A stretch of 64,000 bases of DNA, from NCBI GenBank assembly GCA_963813715.1, contig CAWFAK010000012.1:64001-128000 (forward strand), read 5' to 3'. Numbering within the stretch: position 1 is the stretch's first letter; every line of letters starts with the position of its first letter. Below are positions 31,834-45,469 of the stretch, one piece after another. The notes below the pieces were generated by a model. It saw only the letters and a list, made by a program, of their open reading frames with translations, searched no databases and was not told the DNA's origin. Source of the DNA: an uncultured Planctomycetaceae bacterium (GTDB lineage: Bacteria > Planctomycetota > Planctomycetia > Planctomycetales > Planctomycetaceae). The position numbers and the translations under genes were made by a program.

Positions 31834-33880
31834 TTGAATCCCGCACCCGCCAATTCCGTGAATCGCAGCACGCCGCTGACCGAGTTGACCGATTCGCGCG
31901 AGTGGCTCGAGCCGAACGGGGTGGGAGGCTACGCATCGGGCACGGCCAGCGGGCTGCGGACGCGCCGCTATCACGGCCTGTTGCTGACGGCGACCACACC
32001 GCCGACGGGCCGCGTGATGCTCGTCAACGGCTGCGACGCGTGGATCGACACGGGGACCGAGCGGCTCGCGCTCTCGAGCCAGCGTTACCTGCCCGACGTC
32101 GTCGCACCGGATGCCCGCCCGTCGCTGCGGTCGCTCACCTGCGATCCGTGGCCCACGTGGTTGTGGTCGCACGATTCGCTCAGTGTGTCATGCGAGCTGT
32201 TCGTGCCACACGGAATCTCGGCCTGCTTGCTCCGTTGGCAACTGGCGGCGGGGTCAACCGTTCCCGGCGGCCGCCGTCTGCGAGTTGTCGTCCGCCCATT
32301 TCTGTCGAGCCGCGACTATCACGGCACGCAACACGAGAATCCGGCCTTTCGCTTCGCCGCCACGCCGCATCCGCTGGGCGTCACCTGGCAACCGTACCAG
32401 GGCCTGCCGGCCGTGACCGCCCTCACGAACGGCACGTACCAGGCCGAGTCGTACTGGTATCGCAACTTTCTCTACACGTGTGAGCGGGAGCGGGGCCTCG
32501 ATTTCGCCGAGGACCTGGCGTCGCCCGGCACGTTCACGATGGATCTCGAACCGGGGGCCGTGCTGATCTTTGCGGCCGAAGGACACGTCGAGGCGCTGAC
32601 CCGTCTTGGAGCCAGCGCGAATGAAATTGCCGGCAATCTGGTCGACAGCGAGCGGCAGCGCCGGGCCGCCTTTGCGAACCGGCTCGCGCGCTCGGCCGAC
32701 GCCTACCTGGTGCGGCGCGACGGCCCGGCAACTTCCACCGGTTCGACCGGGAAAACCAAAGCGGATGCGCCCGCCGCCGGCCGCACGATCATCGCCGGCT
32801 ACCCCTGGTTTACCGACTGGGGCCGCGACACGTTTATCGCGCTGCGCGGTCTGTGCCTGGCGGGCCGCCGCCTCACCGACGCCGCCGACATTCTCGGCGC
32901 ATGGGCGGGCACGATCTCGGAAGGAATGCTGCCCAACCGGTTTCCCGACCTGGGCGCCGCGGCGGAGTACAACTCGGTCGACGCGTCGCTTTGGTACATC
33001 GTCGCGGTCGACGATTTTCTCCAGCGATCGAAGAGCGAGGGTCCCGCCGCGTCGCCCGCGCTTGTCCAACGGCTGCACGACGGCCGTCGGTGCGATCCTC
33101 AACGGCTACCACGACGGCACGCGCTACGGCATTCGCTGCGACGCTGACGGCCTGTTGCGCGCCGGCGTGCCGGGCGAGCAGCTCACCTGGATGGACGTGA
33201 AGATCGGCGACTGGGTCGTCACGCCGCGCATCGGCAAGCCGGTCGAGGTCGCCGCACTGTGGCTAGCCGCACTTAAGATCGGCGCTCAATTCGACAGCCG
33301 CTGGGGCGACGTGTACACACGGGGCCGACAATCGTTCCGCGCACGGTTTTGGAACGAATCGCAAGGCGCGCTCTACGACGTCGTCGACGCCGATCATCAG
33401 GCAGGCACGCTCGACGCGTCGATCCGACCCAATCAGCTCTTCGCGGTCGGCGGTCTGCCCGAAAATCTGCTCGACGCCGGCCAGGCGCGGCGCGTGGTCG
33501 ACCTCGTCGAACAGCGGTTGTGGACGCCGCTCGGGCCGCGGTCGCTCGACCCGGCCGATCCTCGCTACGCACCGCATTACGACGGCCCGCCGAGTCAGCG
33601 CGATCCGGCTTATCATCAGGGAACGGTTTGGCCCTGGTTGGCCGGCGCATTCATCGAAGCCTGGGTCCGCGTTCGCGGCAACTCACCCGAAGCCCGAGCC
33701 CTCGCGCGGACAAAATTCCTCGAACCGCTCCTGCAGCAGCTCGACTCGGCCGGTTTGGGGCACTTGCCCGAAGTCGCGGACGGCGAGCCGCCGCACACGC
33801 CGCGCGGCTGCCCGTTTCAGGCCTGGTCGCTCGGCGAGCTGCTGCGCGTGCAGACGCTGCTCGCGTCGAGCACTCGCTGA
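31834..33880 (+). CDS. glycogen debranching enzyme / amylo-alpha-1,6-glucosidase (frameshift near 33080)
   Basis: EWLEPNG.GGYASGT, RRYHGLL, IAGYPWFTDWGRDT, QLTWMD, RPNQ, AYHQGTVWPW, GCPFQAWS. Confidence 0.92.
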
Positions 33881-34130
33881 ACGCCGGCTCGCACCTGCGA
33901 CTGGGTCTCAACGCCCGGCCGAAGGCATGGCTAGTGCCGGTGGCGGCTTCGTGCAAGCTCGCGAGTCGGAGGGCGGGCAAGTCCGCCAGGCGATGTAGCC
34001 CACGTCGAGCGCAGTCTTTGCAAAAAACCACCGGCCGGGTTGCAATGACGCCTTGTCGCATTGCCATGGCGGGTGCGTCGTGGCCGACTTCGTGCAAGTG
34101 CTCGAGTTCACTCGCGGCGGAGGACAGACA

Positions 34131-35026
34131 ATGGAATTGCGACAATTCGGCCGGACCGACATGCGGGTCAGCGTGCTGGGATTCGGCGGCGCCGAGATCG
34201 GGTTCGAGTCGGCCACGCCGGACGACGTGACTGCCATTCTGACGCCGGCCTTCGAGACCGGCCTCAACGTGATCGACACGGCCGAGTGCTATATGGCCAG
34301 CGAGGAACTGATCGGGCAAACCGTCAGCGATCGGCGGAAGCGGTATTACCTGTTCACGAAGTGCGGCCATCCGGAAACCCCGAGCGTCGGCGATTGGCGC
34401 AAGAAATCGCTGCTCGACAGCATCGTCCGCAGCCTGCTGCGACTCAAAACCGATCGCGTGGACTTGATTCACCTGCACACCTGCTCCGAAGACGAACTGC
34501 GCAAGGGTGAAGTCATCGAGGCGCTGCAAGAGGCCCGCGAAAAGGGTTACACGCGCTACATCGGTTACAGCGGCGACAGCTCGGCCGCCCGCTACGCGAT
34601 CGAGAGCGGCGTCTTCGATTCGCTGCAGACCTCGGTCAATATCGCCGACCAGGAGGCCCTCGAGCTGACGTTGCCGCTCGCCCAGCAGAAAAACATGGCG
34701 GTGATCGCCAAGCGGCCGATTGCCAACGCGGCCTGGCGGTATGCCGATAAGCCCCCCAACTCGTATCACGTCGCCTATTGGGAACGGCTGCAAAAGCTGA
34801 ACTATGACTTCTTGAAAGGCGACCCGAAGCAGGCGGCGTCGATCGCCCTGCGGTTCACGCTCAGCGTGCCGGGCGTTCACACGGCCATCGTCGGCACCAA
34901 GAACCCGACGCGCTGGCGGGAGAACGCCGATCTGCTCAACGCCGGCCCGCTGCCTAAAGAGCAATTCGACGCGATTCGCGCCGATGGAAGCAGGTCGCCG
35001 AAAAATCGTGGATCGGGCAGACCTGA
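34131..35026 (+). CDS. aldo/keto reductase (frameshift near 34980)
   Basis: VSVLGFGG, IDTAECY..SEE, TKCG, SL.RLKTDRVDL..LH. Confidence 0.9.
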
Positions 35027-35169
35027 TCAGAACGTTGGTCGCCAGCCACCCGAAAATTCAGCGAACGCTCCAAGAACCGGCGACTCCAGGCGAATAACAG
35101 CCCGCGGCCCGATTTCCACGGAGGGAAACTCGCGCGCCGCGGCACGCTCCCCTTCACGGAGTCCAGGTG

Positions 35170-35837
35170 ATGGCCACGACCACAACGAAAAAAGGCTACC
35201 GCGGCATGGGCATGGAAGGCCCGGTCGCCCGCTGGTATACGCGGATTACGCGTCCTTCCCTCCCCGAGTTCCAAGCGCTGGCCCGCCGCATCGCCGAGCA
35301 GGTGCCAGCCGGCGGCAGCGTGCTGGAGGTCGCTCCCGGGCCCGGTTATTTCGCGATTGAGCTGGCCAAAATCGGCGGCCGACACGTGACGGGCCTGGAT
35401 ATCAGCCAGACGTTCGTCGAAATCGCGAAAAAGGAAGCCGCTGCTGCGGGCGTCGAGGTCGAGTTTCGCCAGGGCAACGTCTCGGCCATGCCGTTCCCGG
35501 CCGACAGTTTCGACTATTTGCTGTGCCGCGCAGCCTTCAAGAATTTTTCGGACGCGCCGGGGCGCTGGCCGAAATGCATCGAGTGCTCAAGCCGGGCGGC
35601 CGCGCGCTGATCATCGACCTCCGCCGCGACGTCACCCCCGCGGCCATCCGCCGCGAAGTCGAAGGCCTGAAGCTCGGCCGCCTCAACACCTTCATGGTGC
35701 GACAAACGTTTCGCTTCATGCTCATCAAGCGCGCCTACACGAAAGGCGAATTCCGCGAGCTGATCGCCAACAGCCCGTTCCAATCCGGCGACGTGAAAGA
35801 GTCACTGATCGGCGTGGAAATCACGCTGACGAAGTGA
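35170..35837 (+). CDS. class I SAM-dependent methyltransferase (frameshift near 35555)
   Basis: VLEVAPGPG, GLDIS, MPF..DSFD, EMHRVLKPGG. Confidence 0.88.
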
Positions 35838-35905
35838 GCACACAGGTCGGCCGTCCCTCAGTGGCAGGAGCCGGACAGAAGCGCATCCCGCTCTCCCAGC
35901 GTAAT

Positions 35906-36370
35906 TTACTGCACCGCGTCGAGTTTCCGCCGCTCGAAGCACCGCGATCGGTCGATCAATTCCTGGGCCAGCGGGTGCGTCCCGAGCATGAGGAACCGGA
36001 ACGGCGCCTCGAAGCGAATCGTCTTGCCGAATCGGCACGACGGCTTTAGCCACAGGCCGATGGATTCTGGGTTCGACATGTAGGAGGCGTCCACGTCGAC
36101 GATATTCGCGATCGGAAAGCGATCCTCTTCGCCGCGATGGCGGACGATCAGTTCGTCGCCGTCAATCCAGACTTCATCGACCAGCGGGAAGATAAGCCAC
36201 CACATCAGTACGGCTCCGAATGCCGCCATGCCTGGCGGAATCAAGAGCACCTCCGGCGACACTTTTCCCTCGAACATCAAAGTCGCCATGAGGAGGGCCA
36301 GGAAGCCGAACCAAAACGCGGGGAACGCCTTCTTGTACCACCACGTCATTTTCGACGAGATCAAGCGCAT
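35906..36370 (-). CDS. hypothetical 2-TM membrane protein
   Basis: two N-terminal hydrophobic helices followed by a LVDEVW.DGD.L beta domain. Confidence 0.7.
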   Translation of the reverse strand: MRLISSKMTWWYKKAFPAFWFGFLALLMATLMFEGKVSPEVLLIPPGMAAFGAVLMWWLIFPLVDEVWIDGDELIVRHRGEEDRFPIANIVDVDASYMSNPESIGLWLKPSCRFGKTIRFEAPFRFLMLGTHPLAQELIDRSRCFERRKLDAVQ

Positions 36371-36478
36371 CGGCAGCTCTCAGTGCTCATCGTTCCGATG
36401 CGTTGAGCGTGTCACCGCTCGAATCACCCCGCGAGGGGCATCCCGGCAAACGTCCCAAGACCGCCGGCGGTCACTCGA

Positions 36479-37363
36479 CTAGTACAGCGCCGTCGCCAGC
36501 TTGCGGCGGTAGGTGCCGACGAGTTCGGAGCCGGCGCCCAGCGTGTCGAAGATGCGGATCATGGTGTTCTTCGCCTCGACGCCGACGCCCGCTTTGTCCT
36601 TGTGGATGATGTCCAGCAGGATCTGCAGCGCCTCTTCGTGGCGGTTGGCGACGGCCAGCGCGTCGGACAGCTTGAGTTGTAAATTGAGGTCCGAGGGCGC
36701 GGCGGCGGCCGACTTGCGGGCTTCGTCGAGCGGGCCGGCTTCGGCCGCAGCAGCCCGCAGCTCCAGCTGGGACTTCACCTTCTCGGCCTCGGGCTCGAGG
36801 TAGCCGCGCGATTCGAGGTCGGCGATGATCTTCCGCGATTCGTCATCGAGATTGAGCTTGAGCAGCACGCGGGCCAGCGCGATCTTGATGAACGCGTTCT
36901 CCGGATCGAGCGCGGACGCCTCGCGATAGGCGGCCATCGCGGCCTTTGCGTCAGTTGCTTCCAGCTCCTGACCCTTTTTGAGCAGCTCCTCCGCCTTCGA
37001 CGGCAGGAGTGAATTGAGCCATTCGCGGAGTTTTTCCTCCGGGTGGACGCCCATGAACTCGCTGACCACCTGCTGATCGCGCAGGGCGACCACGTAGGGG
37101 ATCGACTGCACCTGGAACGCTTGCGCCACCTCCGGGTTCTCGTCGATGTTGATCTTCACCAGCTGAAAGCGGCCGGCGAATTCGTTCGTCAGCTTTTCCA
37201 GGATGGGCGTCAGCTGTCGGCACGGAGCGCACCAGGGAGCCCAGAAATCGACGACCACGGGCCGCTGATCCGACGCGCGAATCACGTCGGCCTCGAATTT
37301 CGGCGTCGTCGTTTCGGAAATCCACGGTGACGATGCGGCCACGGCTGTGCGCTCCCGAATCAT
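36479..37363 (-). CDS. ybbN: thioredoxin-TPR chaperedoxin YbbN/CnoX
   Basis: VVDFWAPWCAPC, TPR-like helices, C-terminal YRRKLATALY. Confidence 0.88.
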   Translation of the reverse strand: MIRERTAVAASSPWISETTTPKFEADVIRASDQRPVVVDFWAPWCAPCRQLTPILEKLTNEFAGRFQLVKINIDENPEVAQAFQVQSIPYVVALRDQQVVSEFMGVHPEEKLREWLNSLLPSKAEELLKKGQELEATDAKAAMAAYREASALDPENAFIKIALARVLLKLNLDDESRKIIADLESRGYLEPEAEKVKSQLELRAAAAEAGPLDEARKSAAAAPSDLNLQLKLSDALAVANRHEEALQILLDIIHKDKAGVGVEAKNTMIRIFDTLGAGSELVGTYRRKLATALY

Positions 37364-37799
37364 TGCCGAGCAGGCGATGTTGAACGTCAGACTCGAAAGT
37401 CAGTGTAGAGAATGCCGCGTCGCCCCCGCCACTGCGAAGCCTCGTCGGGTGTGACCAGCTCGCGAAGCGAGCGCCGGCACACCATCTTTTCAACCGACGC
37501 TGCCGCGCAGGCTCGATGTTGCCAAAAGGCAACACGGCACCCCAATTGATTTTTCGCGAACAATGCGCCGCCCGGCGCGACCGACGTCGGGCCGTCCTTG
37601 CCCTACAACCGGCCAGAACGCTTCGCGATCGGCAATCTGCCGACGGCCGAACCCCTGCCGCGAACGGCAACCGACGGGCCATGCCGCCGCGCCCCATACT
37701 TGGACCTAAGACTCGGGACACGCACGCGCTGCGTGACCTGTCCCGTGCTCGTCTGTTTCATTCTGCTCGGTTGTTTCACTCTGACTGTGGCGAAGAGCC

Positions 37800-38447
37800 G
37801 TGCGCATTGCACCGATTGGCGCCGGCATGGAGGCGTGGCACTCGCAACCCTTGTTTGAGCTGCGGCCGGCCGCAATCCGCGAGCGGGCCCTGCCGCCGCC
37901 GTTCGCCTGCGCCCCGTGCCAGCCATGGGCCCGCGATTTCTTCCGCGGTCTCCCCCGCTTCTGCTTGTTGCCCTTGTCCGGCCCATTTGAATGCCGTTGC
38001 GGCCTCTTAGGCTGCCGCTGCTTCCCGTTTGTGTGCTGCTTTCCGTTCGATCGGTGCTTTCCGATCGAGCGCTGCTTTCCGTTTGGCCCCTGTTTTCCGT
38101 TCGGTCCGGGGGAATGCTGCGGTCCGTTCAGCTGGTGGTGCGGGCCGTTCTGGTGGGGCGAGCGCTGCTGCGGACCGTTCGAGTCCTGCTGCGGGCCGCT
38201 TGACTTCTGGTGTGCCGAGTGCTGTCGCGGCCCGTTTGCCTGTTGCGGTCCCTGCTGGTGCGGGCCGTGTGCTTGCGGCGGCGGCTATTGCTGCTTGGAC
38301 GGCTGCCCGTCGATCGAAACGATCCTGCTCGAGCGGGCCAAAGCCGGTGTGCTGACGCGGATGCTCCACTTCGACTGGCAGCTCAAGCATGGCAATCGCG
38401 TGTCGCACGGGCTGAACGCGGGAGTCGTGCTCGACGTCAGAGCGTAG
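37800..38447 (+). CDS. Cys/Phe/Pro-rich repeat protein (N-terminus uncertain)
   Basis: repeated CFPF and CCGPF units in one frame. Confidence 0.55.
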   Translation: MRIAPIGAGMEAWHSQPLFELRPAAIRERALPPPFACAPCQPWARDFFRGLPRFCLLPLSGPFECRCGLLGCRCFPFVCCFPFDRCFPIERCFPFGPCFPFGPGECCGPFSWWCGPFWWGERCCGPFESCCGPLDFWCAECCRGPFACCGPCWCGPCACGGGYCCLDGCPSIETILLERAKAGVLTRMLHFDWQLKHGNRVSHGLNAGVVLDVRA

Positions 38448-38492
38448 CGCGGGGCGTGAAGGGCCAGCTGGCGCTCTACGATGCGCAGCCGG

Positions 38493-38936
38493 TTACGAGC
38501 TCGACGAGTCGTCCGACAACAGCCGCACGTCGCTGCTGCTCTGGGCCGAGTCGACCGGCTCGAAATCTTCCGCCGACAGCTCCTGCGGGTTGATTTCGAC
38601 GGTTTCCTCGTCGACCCCAATGCTCTCATCATCGTCCTCGCCGGGGATGCTCGGCCCCAGGTGGACGCGGAACTTGATGCTGGCGAAGGCCAGCTCGTCG
38701 CCCGGCAGCAAAGCGCCACGGGTGACTCGTTGGCCGTTGACCTTGGTGCCGTTGGTGCTGGCCAGATCGCGGATGAAGAGCAGCCCGTCGGTCTTGGAGA
38801 TCAGGCACTGCAGCTTGGAGACGCTCGCCGATTCGATGGCCAGATCGCACAGCTCGCGGCTGCGCCCGACGATGGTAACGTCCCGCGTGATGGTATAGGC
38901 TGCCCCGCCGTCGACTGGGATCAATTTGGCTTGCAT
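38493..38936 (-). CDS. FHA domain protein with acidic tail
   Basis: IVGR..CD, SVSK.QC, RDLASTNGTKVNG, L.PGD.L. Confidence 0.88.
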   Translation of the reverse strand: MQAKLIPVDGGAAYTITRDVTIVGRSRELCDLAIESASVSKLQCLISKTDGLLFIRDLASTNGTKVNGQRVTRGALLPGDELAFASIKFRVHLGPSIPGEDDDESIGVDEETVEINPQELSAEDFEPVDSAQSSSDVRLLSDDSSSS

Positions 38937-39222
38937 GCACTCCACATCCGCTCGGTACGAAATCCGCAGCGTCCGAACCTGCAGCGTCTGAATCTGCAAT
39001 CGGGGCGTCCGGCTGCCCGCGCAACACTCCTTATTCGGCAATCAAAGGGAGGGCGTCCAGTCGATTTCGCGCGTGAGATGGGCGCTGGTTGCGCGGCCTC
39101 ATCTTCGATTGTCCGCAACCGGGAGTCGAAGTCAAGCCGGCCCCCAGCGGGCTTTTCGTAAAACCTTGTAATTAAAAAGCTTGCGATGTTCCCGCCGGGC
39201 GAGAACGGGGCCGGCCCGTGCC

Positions 39223-39251
39223 TTGACGACCGCGCGCGGCGCTGCTAGGTT
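39223..39251 (+). promoter_or_regulatory. putative sigma70 promoter of ppdK
   Basis: TTGACG-17 nt-TAGGTT with extended TG. Confidence 0.5.
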
Positions 39252-39479
39252 TCGTCCCGGCACAACCGACGGGAGCCAGGTTCGTCGGCCTCGCTGCGGA
39301 CCCCTGCTCGGGCTTCCTGAGCTCGAGTCTTCGCATCCGGTCGCAAGCTGCGCACTGCGCCCAGGACCGACGCCGAACAGACGGCCTCCGACCGCCGCCC
39401 TCGGACGCGGCCCCGTCGCTGAACCTGCCGGGGCTGGCCCGTCGACGGGCGCCCCACGACGAGCCACAAAGGTTGCAAC

Positions 39480-42232
<2,753 letters not shown>

Positions 42233-42540
42233 TTGAGCGCGAGCTTCTTGCTGAAAGCCATCGTGCGACGCGGAGAGCCTGTCAAGATCTCTGCCTGGAG
42301 GCCAAGCACAACGTGGCGAAGACTCCCGAGCCGAAAATCAGCACGAGGCCGATCGCCGTCGGCTTGAAGTGTTCGTTTGCGATGCCGTAGATCGAGATCG
42401 CGATCCCGCAAAGTGCCAATGCGGCGGCAGTACAAACGATGTAGTCGACAACGGTTTTCCCCCGCCAACTAAGACGGGTATCGCCTCCCGATTATTCCGG
42501 TCAGCCTCTGGGATTTCTTGGTTCCGGTCCGCCCATGGGT

Positions 42541-42649
42541 TTGCGCTGAGACCTACGGTTCGCCTTCGAACAGCTCCTGCCGCTGCTTGTTCTCTTGCTC
42601 GCCGAGCTCTTTGGCGTTGATGGCGCCGGCGCGTTGGAGCATTTGCCAC
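42541..42649 (-). repeat. orphan copy of the 3' end of the Ser/Thr kinase gene
   Basis: 105/109 nt identical to 47071-47179; encodes WQMLQRAGAINAKELGEQENKQxQELFEGEP*. Confidence 0.92.
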
Positions 42650-42733
42650 TGCTCGGAAACAATTTGCGATTCGCCTCGCCGCGCGGCACAATTCCTCAAT
42701 CTGTCGAAGTTCCTCGCGGAGTTGAGCGAAACC

Positions 42734-43998
42734 ATGGTCGCGCCCTCTCAGAGCCCGGCGGAACCGACCGCATCCGACAACATCGAGCTCCCCGAAGAGC
42801 TGCGGGCCCCGCCTCCGCGCGAAATCCCCGAGGCGATCAAACAGGGGCGGCTCTATCTCAAAAATCGAGCCATGAGTTGGACCCTGGCGGTGTTGGGGAT
42901 GGCCTGCGTGCTTGGCGATGGATTGCCGTTTATCCAAACATTGGCGCTTTATTTTTTGCCGCTTGAGTATTTGCTTTGGATTGGAATCGGACTGTGCGCT
43001 TGTGCGGCCTACGCTTATCTCGGGCCGCGTGAACTGAGGCGGGCGAAACAGTACATCGAGCAAGGCGAGGCGGCGTTCGGCCGGGTGACCAGCCTCGTCA
43101 AGACGCCGACAATGGTGCAGCACGGCCGGGCCGTATCCTTCGCCATCGTCGCCAACGTGCGACTGCGGAACCCCGAGAGCGGCGTCGACTGCCTGCGCGA
43201 GATGAAAAGCCGCAGCTTCGTGAACAAAGCGAAGCAGGTGCGATTTCGAGTGGGAGACCTCGTTCCGGTGGTTTGGTTCCCGGGAAAGTTCGAGCGCACG
43301 GCCCAGATCTATGATTTCCTGGAAGTTATGCCGGGACATGATCTTCGCGATGAGTCCACGCCGAAGCCCCTTTGGATGTTGATTGGGATAGCCGTCCTGT
43401 TGCCGCTCTTTTTCTTCGTTCTTGCCTGGAACGCCTATGCGATGGGGCGCATGAACCGATCGAGTTCACCGTGCGGCAGGGGATTTTGCCGTTTGGCGTC
43501 GGAGGCAGCGTCGCCTTTGCAATCATGGTTTGGATCGGCGTCGTTCAGCTCGCCAAGCGGAGGGAAATGAGGCGGCGAAACGCCGAGGCGGTCGCCACCG
43601 GCGGGATCGTGGAAGTCGAGGCCAAGCGAGGCGTGCGCACCAAAGCCGTGCAGTGGGTGCTCCTGCCGATCGGCGCCGTTTTGATTGGCGGCATGTCGTC
43701 ACTCAGCCTCTGCTACGGCGCCAACGCCCTCTTCGACAAGTCAGCGGCCAGGCCTGTTTCGATCTTCGTCACCGAAATGATTCAGGAAACGCACGAAGGG
43801 ATCTTCCGCGAGTACAAATTGAAATATCGTCGCGCCCAAGACCCAGAAGTGCATACTTTGATGACGACGCCCCAGCACCTTTCGGAGTTCAAGGTGCCAT
43901 TCGGGGTTGCGCAGGTGCGTTCCGGCTGGCTGGGGTGGCCTTGGGTCGAGACGGTTGACCCAGCGGCAGTCGCGCCGCCGGGACCAGGACAGAAGTGA
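42734..43998 (+). CDS. hypothetical multi-pass membrane protein (frameshift near 43450)
   Basis: ORFs 42518..43570 and 43372..43998 join into a protein with about 5 TM helices. Confidence 0.7.
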
Positions 43999-44075
43999 AC
44001 AAGGCTGTCGGGCAGGCCGTGAGTCTGCCGGAGGGTTGGGTCGGTGGTCGCTGTTGCCCGGGTAAACCACAGCCT

Positions 44076-44105
44076 GCCGCAGCGCAAGCGGCGCTCGCGA
44101 AGTAA
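44076..44105 (+). repeat. orphan copy of the ppdK 3' end
   Basis: encodes AAAQAALAK*, identical in protein to 42203-42232, with only synonymous changes. Confidence 0.7.
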
Positions 44106-44129
44106 CGATAGCGCCGTTCGCGAACCAAC

Positions 44130-44166
44130 CCCGGCGAGCCGCCCGCGTGAGCTGGCGGGTGCTTCG
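44130..44166 (+). repeat. REP-like element copy 1
   Basis: CCCGGCGAGCCGCCCGCGTGAGCTGGCGGGTGCTTCG; 35/37 identical to the reverse complement of 45420-45456. Confidence 0.8.
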
Positions 44167-44179
44167 TTCTGCCTCCTGC

Positions 44180-45373
44180 TCAGTGCGTGACTTTCAAATT
44201 GGGCACGGCGCGGATGAGCGATTTGACCCCGGCCACCGTCACGTCGGTGCCCTTGAGCGTCAGTTTCCGCAGCGCGGTCAAACCGGCCAGCGCCGCCAGG
44301 CCCCGATCCGTGATGGAAGAATTGGTTAGATCAACTGCGCGGAGCGTGGTCTTCCAGACCTCCAAGTGGTTCTGTAGCCCAAGCAGCTGAAAGTCGCTCA
44401 ACCGATGCGTGAAAAGAATCTCGATCAGCTTTCCGTTGTCGTCGAAAAACAGGGCACCGCCAGCATTCGTGATTGCCAACTGGGACAGGCTCTCGGCATG
44501 AGACAGATGGGTCACCTGCAGCTGAGGCAAAGCCTTCCTAAGGCTGGCGACGCCCGCGTCCGTGACGTCGGTGTCCGAGACCACCAAGAGCGCCAGGTGA
44601 GTCATGTTTTTCAAATGCATGAGCCCGGCATCGGTAATCGCGGTCCCCTTGAGGTTGATTTGCTCGATATTGTTGATTCCTTGCAGCGAGGCCAGACCCC
44701 CGTCAGTCACCTTGGGGCCACGCAGATGCAAGCCGGTCACCGAGCTCAGAACTTTGATCTTTGGGGCGATCTTCGTCAGCAGCGCATCGCCCTTTGATTC
44801 GTCCACTTTGACATAATTCCTGGCCGGTCCCGGTTGCGTCTCATCGGAATCCGCTTCTCCGCCCAGGTCCCGAATCGCCAAAATCGCTCGGGCATCTCGG
44901 ACTCTCGTGAGCGCGGCGGCGGACGTGTCACGGTCCAGGGTGAACACGCAGTACCATCCACCCGCGCCAGCTTTGGCCGAAAAGTCTCTGCCCCGCGCTC
45001 CTTGGTCGATCCGCAACCTGAGCCGATTCTCGTCGAACGCGTAAATGCCGCGAAAAATCAGTTGAACCGGCCGGTTTTGACCGGCGCCTCCCATCACAAC
45101 CGTCCGAGATAGATCGATTTGCTTGGGATCCTTCGCAGAATCAACCGTGTAGGAGAACTCAACGCCCGGGTCTGGCACCGACAGGAACAAAACCTTGTCC
45201 CCCTCGAACGCCAGTTGCACGCGCAGCATGGCGACGCGGGACTCGGCGGGGCAATCCACGTTGGTGACGCGCCAGATGCCCTGCAGCCGCTTTGGGTCCT
45301 CAGCAACCCGCGTCGTCTGCGCCCAGGCTGACGCACTGCTCAGAAGTAGGATGGCGGCAATCGTCCGGAACAC
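44180..45373 (-). CDS. secreted TIGR03067-like domain + leucine-rich repeat protein
   Basis: signal peptide; LQGIWRV, KDPKQIDL, GIY.FD..RLRL; VTDGGLASL/ITDAGLMHL LRR units. Confidence 0.8.
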   Translation of the reverse strand: MFRTIAAILLLSSASAWAQTTRVAEDPKRLQGIWRVTNVDCPAESRVAMLRVQLAFEGDKVLFLSVPDPGVEFSYTVDSAKDPKQIDLSRTVVMGGAGQNRPVQLIFRGIYAFDENRLRLRIDQGARGRDFSAKAGAGGWYCVFTLDRDTSAAALTRVRDARAILAIRDLGGEADSDETQPGPARNYVKVDESKGDALLTKIAPKIKVLSSVTGLHLRGPKVTDGGLASLQGINNIEQINLKGTAITDAGLMHLKNMTHLALLVVSDTDVTDAGVASLRKALPQLQVTHLSHAESLSQLAITNAGGALFFDDNGKLIEILFTHRLSDFQLLGLQNHLEVWKTTLRAVDLTNSSITDRGLAALAGLTALRKLTLKGTDVTVAGVKSLIRAVPNLKVTH

Positions 45374-45419
45374 TACCGATCCTTTACGCGCCACGCAGTC
45401 GCCGGACCGCACGAAAGCT

Positions 45420-45456
45420 CGAAGCACCCGCCAGTTCACGCTGGCGGCTCGCCGGG
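45420..45456 (-). repeat. REP-like element copy 2
   Basis: inverted partner of 44130-44166. Confidence 0.8.
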
Positions 45457-45469
45457 CGAACACCGTAGG

